From Bispira polyomma (Eukaryota), in NCBI GenBank assembly GCA_965649765.1, contig OZ287755.1:31620001-31684000 (forward strand): 64,000 bases of DNA, given 5' to 3'. The stretch's first letter is position 1; each line of letters begins with the position of its first letter. The notes beneath the pieces are model-generated. The model did not search any database, was not told the origin of the DNA, and worked only from the letters and a program-made list of their open reading frames with translations. This document shows, piece after piece, positions 13,743 through 26,331 of the stretch. The position numbers and the translations under genes are program-made.

Positions 13743-15881
13743 GTCTCACTCTTAAGGCTATGCTTACAGTGCTATTTTTAACACCGTTAAATATATCTCT
13801 GCCTATAATGTAGTTCTAGTAAAACTTTACCATAAATTCACAGGTTATCGTAACTTCATTTAGACTCTAAGGTCACCTTTGCTTAACTGCCCACAGGGCT
13901 GTATAAATGTAATATGGACAATGACTTCCCCTTAAAGGTAAGGTGACCTTATCAAAATTATTACTCTAAATAAAATATTTATTGTAGGTGGCCTTAAGTC
14001 ACTTACTTGTTGTAATATTAAAATTAGTTATGGTGACCTTAAGTTGCCTTGTACACAGTAGTTTAACATCTTAGTCTAACAATAAATATTTTACCGCATT
14101 CTGTGTGTACACATACCTGTGTTCTTGATCTCTGACCTTTGACCTGTTACTTGGGGAAATGTATCAAGAATCTTTCGACTCAATCTTTTCTGTAAAATCA
14201 TGTAATAACAATATTATATCTGAACTAAAATCCAGAATCTACAACTACAGCTGAAAATCAATAAAATGTTTAATTAGACAACATACATCATTGCTTTCTC
14301 ATTTTATATACTACATTTTCTCTTTTAATGCTTACAAGATTTTTTTGTAAATAATGTGTTGGCTGTTTTAATTTTCAATCCATGCTTACAAAGCAGCATT
14401 AAAATGATGTCAAAGTATGGATCAAACATATGATATCCTGTGTAGTTCACCATTAGGTTTTATGGACCACATTACTGCAGTTTATCTTGGTAATAGGATT
14501 GTATTAAACACTCATTACACTACTGGTGCTCCACATTATATTCACTGTCGTTTGTACTCTCATTTCATTACAAGGCACTGCGTAGTTCTGGACTCACTTT
14601 AGTAGAAAGGCCATTTTATGTGAAGGATTTTGTGGGATAAGTTTTTTTAATTGCAAGCTTAATCAAAAGATCACTTTCTCATTTTAACAAAAATCAAAAA
14701 TTATTTCAGATATTTTAAGTAGTTACATGTATATTATTTTCTATTAGCTTTAACTGTTTAAAACTGAATGAAATCAGGTATATTCTCTATATCTAAATAA
14801 GGGGTCATCTTAACAAAAAGGTTAAGATATAGATATAAGTTACTATGCAGTGAAACTTTCATATCACCACAAGTAACTGACACATATTTGTGATATCAAA
14901 GTGTTACCAATGTTATCAATAATTCCTTTTATAGTTCTACGTTGATGCCCAAATATGACACTTTTGAAATGTAACATGAATGAAATTTGTTCAAAAGAGG
15001 AAACCATAATATATTCTTTTCCAGAAGTAGGTGGTTAGTGCCAATATGTTGTATATATCATCCTGGTGATTTGAAGAATGTGAATCATATATATTAAGTG
15101 ATTTAACATATGTCTTATCAGACAAAACAACTACAGTTAACATTAATTTGCTTTAATGCAAACTATACATGGTATTTACACCGGGAAATAGATCTACATA
15201 CTTTCTATATACATTCTATAAACAAATCAATGACCACAGCTAAGCAATTCTACAACTGTGCCGTAATGTTATACCAAATCTGCTATTCCCAACTGGTATT
15301 TTGTCACTGATCTGGGACAAAGGTTCCTGTCTATAACCCCCAATGTGTGGAGGCGTTATATACTTCCGGTTGATCATCCCCATTCAATCTTCCATTCCTC
15401 ACAGTCCCCACCCCACCAAGCCAAAGGATAATAAATAAGACATCTGCGGTTACTCTTTTATTATATATATGCACTCTCTAATACTACTATATATTTACAC
15501 ATCAATCATGATTATACACGGTTATACATGCTTACACATTATTACATAAAACACATTGTTCTCAAACCTATTGTGACCATAACTTAAACTAGGATCACTT
15601 TAAGGTGATCTTAACTTGACTTTACGATAACCTTAAACTGAGTCACTACTATAAGGTGACCTTAAGAAATTTGTGCAAAAAGTGGGCACCACTCTAAGGT
15701 GACCTTAACTGTTACATAATGGTTTTTTAGATTATTTACATTTCTGGTTAGTGACCTCATAGTGTCACCATAACTACATGTGTAGGTATATTACAGGAAT
15801 AGTTGAGTATTACATTTGTACGTATAAAATTTAAACCCAATATAACATTAAAAAACCTTCAAAGCCCAACCTGTAATACAT

Positions 15882-16907
15882 TTATTGCATATTATCTAGA
15901 ACATTCTGTAGTGATGTAGCCACAGTTTCACTCATACGTGAATCACCATGAATATATCTCCACGCACAATCCGACGTCCAGGTGCCATGCTGCTGTATTT
16001 GCTGGATAGATACGTTAGTGTTGTATGCAAACGAGGCACCTGAACGCCGGAACGTGTGGAAGGTGTAGTGGTTGGGGGCCAAGCCCAAGTTAACGTTAAT
16101 TTTTGACAAGACCTTGCGCACACGTGTGTCAGTTAGCACTTGCCATTGATGGTTAGATTTATACTGAAATAAGGGATCTAGCCTAGAAGGAGCATACAAC
16201 TTGAGTAGCAATTTTAAGGCCCTATATGGGCACAGTAGAGGGTCGGATAGCTTGGGGAGGGTAAGCAGATGTACTTTGTCACGTGTTTGCAAGGTTTTTG
16301 TCCATTTGATTAATATTTTAACTGAATCTTTGGTGAAAAACAAGTCAGCTGGGGTAAGATGCCTAGTTGGATCAAATGCCGAAATGGAGTGGGGGGAGAT
16401 GTTTGATATCCTCAGAAACCCGAAAAATGCTGTCAAAAAGACAGCTTTGAACACTGGAGCCAACTTTACATTATCACACTGTTGTATTAAAGTCTTTAAT
16501 GCTGGAATGTCCAATATGTTATGTGTGGTTATAGACAAAGGTCTGTTTAGCTTTGCAGCTTTTAGATAATATTTAATCTTTTGATTTTCAAGGGGGGAAA
16601 CTGGCAACCCCAGGATGTTGAAGTTGGCCTTAATAGCTGATATGTAATTAGCCATCATTTGGGGTGAGACACTGTTGAACATCAACAATTCTAGGAATGA
16701 CATTATACAATTTACAGATACTTTTTGCAATTGAATTTTCACATATATACAAAACGCCACAAAAGTCCTGAACTGTTGTGTGTATGAACTCTGTGTCTTT
16801 GGCCTGAAGGCTGCTTTGAGACGAGAATTAGCTTGTGTACCCAGCTTCTGCAGTAGCCGATGACCTGAAACAAAGTATAGCATCATTAGTTCTAATCTAT
16901 AATTCAT
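15882..16907 (-). CDS. intact tyrosine recombinase of E3 (probable exon start 16864)
   Basis: 341-aa ORF with FLRISN, KWTKT, HTFRRSGA and HGTWTSDCAWRY: full R-K-HxxR-H/W-Y set. Confidence 0.9.
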   Translation of the reverse strand: MNYRLELMMLYFVSGHRLLQKLGTQANSRLKAAFRPKTQSSYTQQFRTFVAFCIYVKIQLQKVSVNCIMSFLELLMFNSVSPQMMANYISAIKANFNILGLPVSPLENQKIKYYLKAAKLNRPLSITTHNILDIPALKTLIQQCDNVKLAPVFKAVFLTAFFGFLRISNISPHSISAFDPTRHLTPADLFFTKDSVKILIKWTKTLQTRDKVHLLTLPKLSDPLLCPYRALKLLLKLYAPSRLDPLFQYKSNHQWQVLTDTRVRKVLSKINVNLGLAPNHYTFHTFRRSGASFAYNTNVSIQQIQQHGTWTSDCAWRYIHGDSRMSETVATSLQNVLDNMQ

Positions 16908-19062
16908 TATCTACCCCTAGCATATTGAGTGAAGTTGTTAGCCATACAGGATTACTGATATAACCGTTCAACTCATTGACATTTTCTGCAGTGCCCTGCC
17001 ACCTGGATAACAAATCCGCTGTTCTATTTAATTTCCCTAAAACATGAACATATTCAAATTCAATGTCTGCTACTGCAGCTGTAAACCATATATTCCGGGC
17101 ACATGCTGCCAAAAAGGGATCTTTTACTCTGCCCAGCTTCAATGCCCATACCACTGCTTGGTTGTCACATTTAATGCACACTTTTTTTCCAGTCCAGTCA
17201 GCCTGAAATAACCTGGCAGCCAACAACACATTGATCATTTCTAAGTGCACAATATTAAGGTTCATGTAGTCTTTTGGGACTTGCAAATGGTAAACCCAAT
17301 TTTTCCAGACACCTCCAAGTCCAGTTAGACATGCGTCCAGCTCTATAATGTGATCCACAGCCCTGTAGTCATACATTGAAATACCATTGTATGAAGGAAG
17401 GAACTTACTAAACCACCTCAGGTCTCTGTGAAAATCATTAGTGAGCTTAATACTACTTGAGTTATGAGAATTTCTTAATAATTCAAGCATTCTATTGAGG
17501 AATGTACGAGCTGGTTTTACCCATTTGTGTACGTATAGTAAGAGCCCTAGCAATGACTGCAACTGACATTTAGTACATGTGTCTTTTGTTAACCAGTTTT
17601 TAACCATTTCTTGAATAGTTTTTCCTTTGGTATTGACATGGTACCTTCAACTGTGTCTATTAACACGCCCAAACATACTGCCTGGGTAGCAGGTGTTATG
17701 AGTTTTTTGTCACTGATATTTAAACCAAGATCTTGCAAGGTGCTAAATAAGCAATCATACGATTTTTGGACGACAGAGGGCGTGCCGTACCCGATAAAGT
17801 CATCGATATAATTTACGACATTGTAACCATGGCAATGCATAACATAACGTACCGCGTCACTCAATCTTTGGAATATTTGGCTGCCTTGTCTACTTCCAAA
17901 TGGGAGGCACGTATCTACATACGCCCTCTATTAACCGAATTTGGTTATTCTCTGCTCATGAATGGTGAGAAGTGCCCCCCTTTAATTGGATGTTCACTAA
18001 AAGGACCTAATATAGCCCCATACTTGGCCTCTTCCTACAAGTATACTTCAATATCTTCTGGATGGTCAGTGGCCGACTTATGGTTATTACCTTCCCACCT
18101 CAAAGGGCACTGAAGTCTACTGGGAAACCAAATTCAATCAGTTCCACCAACTGCTTATCCCAGTACCCATTGAGATATGTGCGCCAATTTTTGACATTTA
18201 ACTGTGATACCAATGGTATTCGTGCACCCCTGAAGTTATAATCTCCACTGTTCTTGATTACCTCATGTTGGTGAAAAGGATCAAGTATTGTTTGGGTGTT
18301 TTTTGCTTTAGATTTGTCACTACCCATTGGATCAGACAAGGGGATAAATCCAAAGTCAAACTCTGACTGAGTATGCCAAGCTTTAAAACTGGCCACATTG
18401 ATCAAATTAGTACTGTCCATGTCACGTGTCTTTATTCTTCCCAATACAGAATTGATGAATTTATCATCATCTGTGTACCTATTAACATCATAAAGCAAAT
18501 GGTTTGGTTTTTTAGGATCGTCACTTAGTTCACCTTGATCAATTTTATTAGTGTCACCACTGCTAACTTGCGTTGTTTCAACAGGCATGTCACCAATCAT
18601 GTCAATCAAGTGAATGTCACTTTGGTCAGTTTTTTCCCATTCATTACTTTGAACTAAGTCTTGGCTGTCACCACCCTTATTCGTCGTCAGTGTTAAAGCC
18701 AGGCCCATGTTTTTATTTGTGCCATTACTTTGATTGTCTGTATAGGCCATTGTTCTTTTGGAATGAAAGACTTTACTAATGATTCGATTGCTTTGCCTAC
18801 TTGGGGTGACTGTGCTTGTGTACTTAAAACTTTGTTCACTTTTACGTGCTAATAAAGCCTGGGTTTCTTTTACATTAACACCAGTACGATAGAAGACTCT
18901 TGTTCTAAATACATTGGCCACAACAAGAGAAGCAGTATATTTGACTTTCCCCAATTCCACACCATGCTGTTGAACACATACATTAGTACTAACCATATGA
19001 TCATTTACTTGTTTTCTGCTGCCCTCACCCTGATCTAGACTTGAGCAGCTTGCTAGTTTTTT
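16897..19062 (-). pseudogene. pol (RT, RNaseH) of E3 with internal RT deletion near 17920 and frameshifts
   Basis: NYIDDFIG, ELDACLTGLGG, CDNQAVV. The RT segment between SPFMSRE and YVDTCLPFG is missing relative to E4. Confidence 0.9.
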
Positions 19063-20221
19063 GCGAACATTTTCTTTTTAGCGAATGTGCAATCTTTTTC
19101 TGGGTGATTTAATTCCCTTCCCCTGTCCAAACATGTTGAACAAATATGTTTATGCATTTTTCCCCCTGTCTCATGATCTTTTGTGTGAGAGCAGCTACCG
19201 GTTTGAAAGTTTTTACAAAACCAAGGTTTTCTGGTTGTTTCAGTACTTCTTGCCCAATTTGATTTACCTGACCCTGCGAGATGTTTTTGCGCATGCGCCC
19301 TGCGAATCCTATCTATGCAAGATGTATTTTGCCATGTCAAAGTGCCTCTCTCCATCTCACACAACAGAACCACATGTGCCGCTTTAGCTCCCAGCCATGA
19401 AAAATCTGTTGCGTCCTCCATAAGTTCAGACATGTACTGTACCATTTTATCCTTAGTTTTACTATCACGTTCTTTCAAAATATTTTTACAGACGCCCTGA
19501 ACCCACTGTGTCAGTGACAGCTGGTCATAAGCAAGTCTTTGCCTGCTGGTCCCCCCAAAAATATATTCTTGAGGCCAGGCCACTCGTCGTTTAACAACCA
19601 CGTCAACATTGCCCCCCGTTTTGATTTAATTTTTGAGGTGAGAAATTTACCTGCCTGACATGCCCCTTCACATTCTAGTTCCCGTAACCTGCTGTCAACC
19701 TCCCTCTGTATGTCTTGAGAGGATCTTAATACAGACATAGTGGGTACCACAGATTCATCTGAAGAGGTGTCACTTTCACTTGAGATCATTCTACTTTTGT
19801 AACTACTTTTACTTTTACTGTAATGTTTCTGACAATCTACATCACTATCACTTTCACTGTTTTTACTTTTTGATTTGCTTTTACTTTTACTGTAATGTTT
19901 TTTAGAAGCACTACTTAACTTAGTATTGTCCCGTCTGGCACTTGTGGTTTTCGCCCGCACATCTGCGACTTGTCCCTCGACCATGTCCAGTCGTGAGTTC
20001 ACCTTCTTGAGTTGCATCAGGATTTGCATCTGTACACTGTCCGTGTCCTCCACTGCTGACTCCGCCATGTCCATCTCCAGACTCGCTGGCTGTGGTGTAT
20101 CCTTCACTCCCTCCACCTGTGAACTGCTACTGCCGTCGTCTACCAAGGTACACTTCTTCCCCGTGGGTGGTGCGTGCCTGGTCATACATTTTTGGCACAA
20201 TGCTTTATTGCTCTTAGGCAT
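19053..20221 (-). pseudogene. gag-like ORF1 of E3 (one frameshift near 19612)
   Basis: CQKCMTRHAPPTGKKC, Ser/Lys-rich internal duplication, WPQ, WLGAKAAH, RRAHAQ, C-terminal Cys/His fingers. Confidence 0.85.
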
Positions 20222-20867
20222 TTTTAATTGTCAATGTTATCTGGAATTTCTGAAAAATATTCACAGCCCTCTGAACGCTGATGTGACAACTTCAAGCTTG
20301 TGATCAAAATTCGACCAATTTGGACAACATTAACTAGTTAAAATGATTTGAATCGTCCCTTTTAAGATGCCCTTTCAGGCAATACAAGCATGAGGTTGTC
20401 AGATCAGCCGAGTGCACTCCAACTGTATTCCGACTCCACTGAGTGAGAATTACACAAGTACTATTCCATGTTCTAGTCCGTTTCTTAAGTCCAGTTTATA
20501 TATGCACAATCACTAAAATGAACTAAAAACGTAAAAACAGTTTGTAAAATTGATAAAAGCTTTATAAATATAAAAACAGTTCTAAACAATTTAAAACAAT
20601 TTAAGCACGTCTGTGCCATTCGATCTCAAGTTTTAAACTGAAGCTAAGTCACAAATGGTAGGTGAACCCTTACACTTGGGCCAATCAGAATTTAAGATAA
20701 TAAACAATTTGAACCCCTAACAACCAGTGGAAATCCCATGATGTCATAACCTTTTTACCTGTTAAAATTAGTCTGGTAACTTAAGCAGATTTCTAAAGGG
20801 TGAGGCAGGACTGACTCCAGTGAAGCCTAGACACCACGAGTGACAAGACACTTCTGGATAAAAGATC

Positions 20868-21105
20868 ATGGCCTGGTTTCCTCTAAATTAATTCAAGCTC
20901 AATTTAGATTCAACTCAAATGACGGCTATCTGTTATTCACTGAACATGGAAATAACGTTCAGTTGTAACCATTCATTTTAATAGAGTTGAATTTTTAAGA
21001 TTTAGTTAGATGTTACCTATCTTTAACGCTAGCCCGAAATAGGGAGACCTCAGGTTTGAGCTTGATTCTGAGTTGAGCTTGAGATGTTTGGAGAATATGG
21101 CACAG
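20868..21105. mobile_element. degenerate fold-back MITE-like element
   Basis: TCAAGCTCAATTTAGATTCAA at the left is an imperfect inverse of TTGATTCTGAGTTGAGCTTGA at the right. Confidence 0.55.
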
Positions 21106-21299
21106 GGCCTCCTGTTAAAAGTAACTGACACTTAAACTCACAACTAAATCTTAGGATAAAGTACCATGTGAGAGCAATGATATATGGAAATACTTGTAAC
21201 CCCTAATATTATTCATTACTTGGTTTAATAGAACTTTCAAAACTGAATAATTAAAATATAAATGCACATTGTATTTTTACATCTTTTTATTTACAAACA

Positions 21300-21640
21300 T
21301 CAACAGTCAAACACCAACAAAAGCACACACACATAAATATGAATATATGAATTGGGACAAAATTGGAAAAAATACATAAGAAAGACAATATTATAGCCAA
21401 AAATAACATAGAAGAAACCACTGCTCTTTCTCTTGAGGATACAAAGAAATAATGAAAAGATTAAAGACCTGTTGACACATCTCCCACATGTTTGTAAAGA
21501 CAATGCACGTCTAGGGATCTATTTGCAGAACACATAGCTCTGCAAGTTAGACATCTGTATCTCTGTCGCTAATGGAATATTTTTGTTGTGGGGTATGATT
21601 TCTCATGTTATCAAATATTTTTAGCCACATTATTAATTTA
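21300..21640. repeat. diverged duplicate of ~29440-29740
   Basis: Shared CTGCTCTTTCTCTTG.GGATACAAAGAAATAAT and CCTGTTGACACAT..TTTGTAAAGACAATG. Confidence 0.8.
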
Positions 21641-23199
21641 ATTGTAAAAGATCATAAGAGAGTCACTGAGTCCTATATATTTAAACATAAATATTTAACA
21701 TCACATAATTGCCATATCAAACCTAAAATTGTACTCTGTGTAAATGTAACAGCAGATTTAAAAAAGATAAATGTGGTGCCAGAAACAAGAATTATGGTAG
21801 ACACTATCCCAAATTGTATGACCTAGAGCCTTAGGAACATTGATAAATGGTCATCCCTATCAACCTCTCATAGACACAGAAGCTAGGCCCACACTATGGA
21901 AGCCTCCATTGCAATAAATGTTAATTGATTTACCCTTGCAGTATCCATTAATTGATTATCCCACTGGCTTTATTGGTGGCGTCTGCACCTTTGTGTCTCT
22001 AAGTTTTCTGTGTAGGAGAATAGCCAAGAATTAGGTGTTTCTTTAAAATTAATGGTCTTAGCAAAAGGCAAAGACTAATAATTTAAAGAAACACCTGATT
22101 CAAGGCAATTATCTGATTTAAACTGCTGAAAACTAAGGTGACGGTAACAAATTGTATTTTTAAGTATTGTTTAAAGTCATTTCGAATTTCTAAATACACA
22201 TACACCCAATATAATTATAAATAAAGGTAATGTGATACAATTTTATGTTAATATAATTTTATATCATAATTTTGATAAATAAATGTAATATATATTTAAA
22301 AGTTACTGAATATGATGTACCAATGTAAACTTGAACTGAGTAATTTAATAAACAAAGTCCTTCATTGATGTGGCCCAGAAAGCAGACAGGACATTCTTTA
22401 AAAGGAAAATTTTAAACAATAGGTATCACCCAAACAGGAGTTTAAATTTATGTTAATGTTTTCTGTGTGTAGTGATTTGCAAGTAAAGAAATATAGACTT
22501 TGGAATATCTCTATAGAGTATAGAAGAAGTTCACAATTCTTTAAAAAATAATTGCACAATTTATTGAACCTCTGGGAGGTGATGGTAGCCAAATGGCAAA
22601 TATTATAATACATATGTCAGGTACTTGTCGTATGGCTTACAGTGCTTCAGCACTGCTTTCTTCTACCATTGAATTTGACCATCGTAATATGACATAAACT
22701 GTTTAAACTGATATAATAGTTTAATAAATAACATTAATAAGTAACAGCCCATTGAAAACGATTTTTGAGGAGTAATTTTTTCAATAGATATCTGTACTGA
22801 TGTCCCTTCCATAGATTCTATCTTAAAAAATTACATTGGCTTCCCATTTATTGTCGAATTCTGTTTATAATCCATGTCAATAATTTCAAAGCGGTTGTCT
22901 CTCAACAACCCTCCTACCTTGCAACTTGTGTTTACTTGAGTAATCTCAAGAGAGGAAAGGACTTGATGTTTTCTCTTTTATTATTATTGTAGAACGTTTT
23001 TAGTTGCTGTCCTCTCTGTTAGGGACTAGTCCCCCAGTTGAACTTGGATCACAAGTTTAGTAGAACAATCTATTTAGTAATATAATATAACGTTTTCTGA
23101 AGAAAAGCAATTTCACTTTTTCTCCAATATTTTACATCCACTTTGTAATAGTACAAATTGTTTAATCCACTGCTTACCAATTTGTGTATTCCAGTACTA

Positions 23200-23344
23200 T
23201 ACAAGGCAACGCCCTAGCGTTGGTGGGTTTAGTTCGGGATACCAGACTGCTCGTCACGCCTGGCTGTGTTTCACTATAAAAGGCAGGAAAATTTAAATCT
23301 CCCTCCTTTTCGTCAACCGTCAGCAGAAGAACAACTTCAAAATA
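23200..23344 (+). repeat. terminal repeat A1 of E4 with TATA box
   Basis: 145-bp direct repeat of 27771-27915; contains CACTATAAAAGG. Confidence 0.93.
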
Positions 23345-23448
23345 GAATAACCTGAAGGGTTAGGCAGAGAGTCTATGTTTTGTGTTTTACATTTTTATAT
23401 TTATTTTTTTACAATTTTAGATTTTTAGTGTAACAAACTTCTCTCATA

Positions 23449-24291
23449 ATGCCACGAATTAAGGTTTATAGTTATGCAAAATGTATGGGGAAACACGCTA
23501 GGCCAGTGGTAACAAATGTACTCGGGTATTGCATGAGGGGTCCGTTTCCGAGGACGAAATCAAAGGGGCAGTTTCGGAAGCTACTGACGTCTGGCCGCTG
23601 TTTCTAGTAAAATATCGCTGAAATTAGAAAGTATGGGACAAATGATGGAACGATTAGATAAACGTGTCTTGGTCACGGAGGCGGCTCGGAGCACGGACTC
23701 TACTAAAGCTCAGGCCAGTTTGATTTGCAACGCTAGTCCAGTGACTGCTTCGGTTGAAAAGGTCAATACTATAAGTGATGATAATGTGATTCCTAGCATC
23801 GAGTTCTTGAAGAAAAATACCTGCATGGCCCCAAAATCATGTTCTGTCGGGCAATTTTAAAACACGTCCGAGTTATGATGATCTGTCCCTCAGCCAATGG
23901 GTCTGTGGATTTACCAGAATAATTCAAGACGAGAAAAAGCCGGAAATTAAAGAAATCATGTTAGATTATATGGCAGGCTTAATGGAGGACCAAAGCCTGC
24001 CATGCGGTCGTGTTGACCACAATGGAAATGGACAAACTCCAATGGACGGAAGTCGATGAACCGGTTGAGGCGAGCTCATGCCCAGAGACACGTCGCTAGT
24101 AGTAGCAGTAGCTATAACAGTACTCATAGTGGCCGTAGTAGTAAAAAGCCAACTGTAAGTTTCATCAAGAAGGCACGTGCAAATTTCCTTCCAGTCATAA
24201 AAGTGGAAATACCTTTTTTAAGCATGTTTGTAAAACTTGTGCTGGAGCACATAAGCGTAGTAACTGTAACCGAAAATTGGCCAAAAACTAG
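23449..24291 (+). pseudogene. gag-like ORF1 of E4 (internal deletions, frameshifts)
   Basis: AKCMGKHARPV, IPSIEFL joined directly to WPQNHV, RRAHAQRH, CKTCAGAH..C. Confidence 0.8.
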
Positions 24292-24884
24292 GAGCCCACT
24301 GCAGGAATGCAGAGAAATTAAAATGTGTGACCCTAGCCCAGTATCTGTACACAATAGGTTAAATGTACTAGCTTCTTCGGATTTGACAGACTCTGTTGAC
24401 ACAGATAAGGTAATGCAAACAGATCACATAGTTACAAAAAATAGTAGCTCAGTGCGACGCAATACTGTTGATATACGTGCTAGTATTGCGCATCAAACTA
24501 AAACAGTGGATACTGAGGACACTGTAGTCAGTGATAAATATGCTCTAGAATTAAAGCAAAAAATCAACAAAAAATAGCTTTTAAACAGGGCTAAAAATAA
24601 CCCTACATATTGTGAATGGCGCAGCCAGAACAAAGTCCAGTATGGCTTTACCCCAGTGTCCGGCTTAGGTTGTAGAATCTGGGATAGGCAGGCCAACAAC
24701 TATAGTTCTGATATTTTACAAATGCACAAAGCATTGAGAACTGATGGTAGACAAAATTTTAAGGGCTTGCAGATACCTGTTAAGTCACAATTAAACCCTG
24801 AAAAATGGTCGCATTATTTAAAGTCATATTGGGAGTGGCAATTGCCGTTATTAATTAAATATGGTTTTCCGCTTAATGTGATTC

Positions 24885-26306
24885 GTGAAAACATTAGTCA
24901 ATAACTTTCCAGAGCACGTAGACCTTTATTTAAAAGAAGAATGTAACCATGGTGCTATATTGAGCCCATTTTCTAGCCCACCAATAGAAAAAATGCATTT
25001 TTCCCCTATGATGACGTGCAATAAATCCAGCTCGAGTAATAGGCGGGTCATTGTTGACCTTAGCTGGCCAATTGGCGAGTCCGTAAATTTGGGGGCTTCT
25101 TCTAACAAATATTTGGTTACAGAATTCATATTATCTTATCCTTCAGTTGATAATCTCACTAATGAAGTTCAAAAATTAGGTAGAAGTTGTCATATATTCA
25201 AGGTCGACATAAGTCGCGCATTCAGGCACGTGCCTATTGATCCAGGTGACGTAGATTGGTTGGGTTTAAAGTGGGATTCCTATTATTTGGATAGATCTCT
25301 CCCGTTCACCTTTCAGAACGGAACCACTATTTTTCAGAGAATTTCGGACGCGGTTCGATTTATTATGTTACAGGAGGGATTTCACATCCATGCCTACATC
25401 AACGATTTTTTATGTGTAGCTCTTCCCAGTAAAAGCAATATCATATATGACAGACTCCAAGCTCTGTTGGGTGAATTAGGTCTTACTGTCAGCCCTAAAA
25501 AGTTAGTTCCTCCTAACACAAAGGTAGTATGCCTGGGCATTTTGATAAACACAGTGGACTTTACCACTTCAATTCCTGTGGAAAAAATGAACAAAATCAA
25601 AAAATTATGGGAAAATAAACAAAATTGTACTAAGAAAAAATTGCAGTTACTGCTTGGGTCCCTTTTATACGTTTTGAAATGTATTAAATATGCTTGGGTG
25701 TACCTTAACAGAATGCTACAGTTCTTACGAGATAACCATAGCAAGAAAAGATTCTCAATTACTACCGAATTTAAGAGAGATCTTAACTGGTTTAGCACAT
25801 TTATGCAACAATTCAATGGTACTAGTTTCTTTGCCCACAGACCTATTAATGCCCAGGTGGAACTGGACGCTTGTCTTACTGGCATGGGGGGTATATATGA
25901 TGGGCAAGTGTATAAGTTAACTGTCCCTCAGAATATGTCTCAACATAATATTGCATATTTGGAAATGATCAATATTCTTGTGGCTATTAAGTTATGGGCC
26001 AGTGATTGGCAAAGTAAAAGAGTATTATTTAAATGTGACAATCAGGCCGTCGTCAGCATTCTGACCAGTGGTCGCACCCAGGACCTGGTTTGGGCTACCT
26101 ACACTAGAAATATATACATGTGGGCCAGTCGGTTCGACATAGATATTAAAGTTATTCACATACTTGGTGTTAAAAATAAGGTTGCTGACCTTCTATTCAG
26201 GTGGGATAAGACAAAAAATAATGTGCAGTTGTTGCATGAATGGGTAGGCCCTGTAAAATGGCTTCCAACAAATGAAGCATTATTGGAAATAGATACTGAT
26301 ATTTAA
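24885..26306 (+). CDS. RT-RNaseH of E4 (open frame; catalytic YxDD reads YIND; upstream part frameshifted)
   Basis: 473-aa ORF: RRVIVDLS, KVDISRAFRH, LPF, YINDF, ELDACLTGMGG, CDNQAVV, NKVADL. Confidence 0.9.
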   Translation: MKTLVNNFPEHVDLYLKEECNHGAILSPFSSPPIEKMHFSPMMTCNKSSSSNRRVIVDLSWPIGESVNLGASSNKYLVTEFILSYPSVDNLTNEVQKLGRSCHIFKVDISRAFRHVPIDPGDVDWLGLKWDSYYLDRSLPFTFQNGTTIFQRISDAVRFIMLQEGFHIHAYINDFLCVALPSKSNIIYDRLQALLGELGLTVSPKKLVPPNTKVVCLGILINTVDFTTSIPVEKMNKIKKLWENKQNCTKKKLQLLLGSLLYVLKCIKYAWVYLNRMLQFLRDNHSKKRFSITTEFKRDLNWFSTFMQQFNGTSFFAHRPINAQVELDACLTGMGGIYDGQVYKLTVPQNMSQHNIAYLEMINILVAIKLWASDWQSKRVLFKCDNQAVVSILTSGRTQDLVWATYTRNIYMWASRFDIDIKVIHILGVKNKVADLLFRWDKTKNNVQLLHEWVGPVKWLPTNEALLEIDTDI

Positions 26307-26331
26307 TGGAATTTTTATGTTTTATTTTCAG

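Larger units (their letters stand above)
8705..14162 (+). mobile_element. YR retrotransposon E2, near full length, degenerate
   Basis: TATAAAAGG at ~8799, gag, RT/RH, YR, then a B-type 3' region ending GGGGAAATGT. Ends approximate. Confidence 0.9.
15401..20860 (-). mobile_element. YR retrotransposon E3
   Basis: gag, RT/RH and intact YR on the minus strand; 3' region with TAAGGTSACCTTA, AATAAA..ACCGCA and GGGGACTGT end. 5' limit uncertain. Confidence 0.9.

Noticed and set aside
15300-15400. Possible A2 repeat of E3 (TATATAA-containing segment beyond the GGGGACTGT end)
   Set aside because: No matching A1 found by eye at the 5' side of E3.
11584-25885. Long antisense ORFs over RT/YR (11584-11964, 16201-16569, 25394-25885)
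   Set aside because: Explained as shadow frames of the coding strand; no recognisable motifs.
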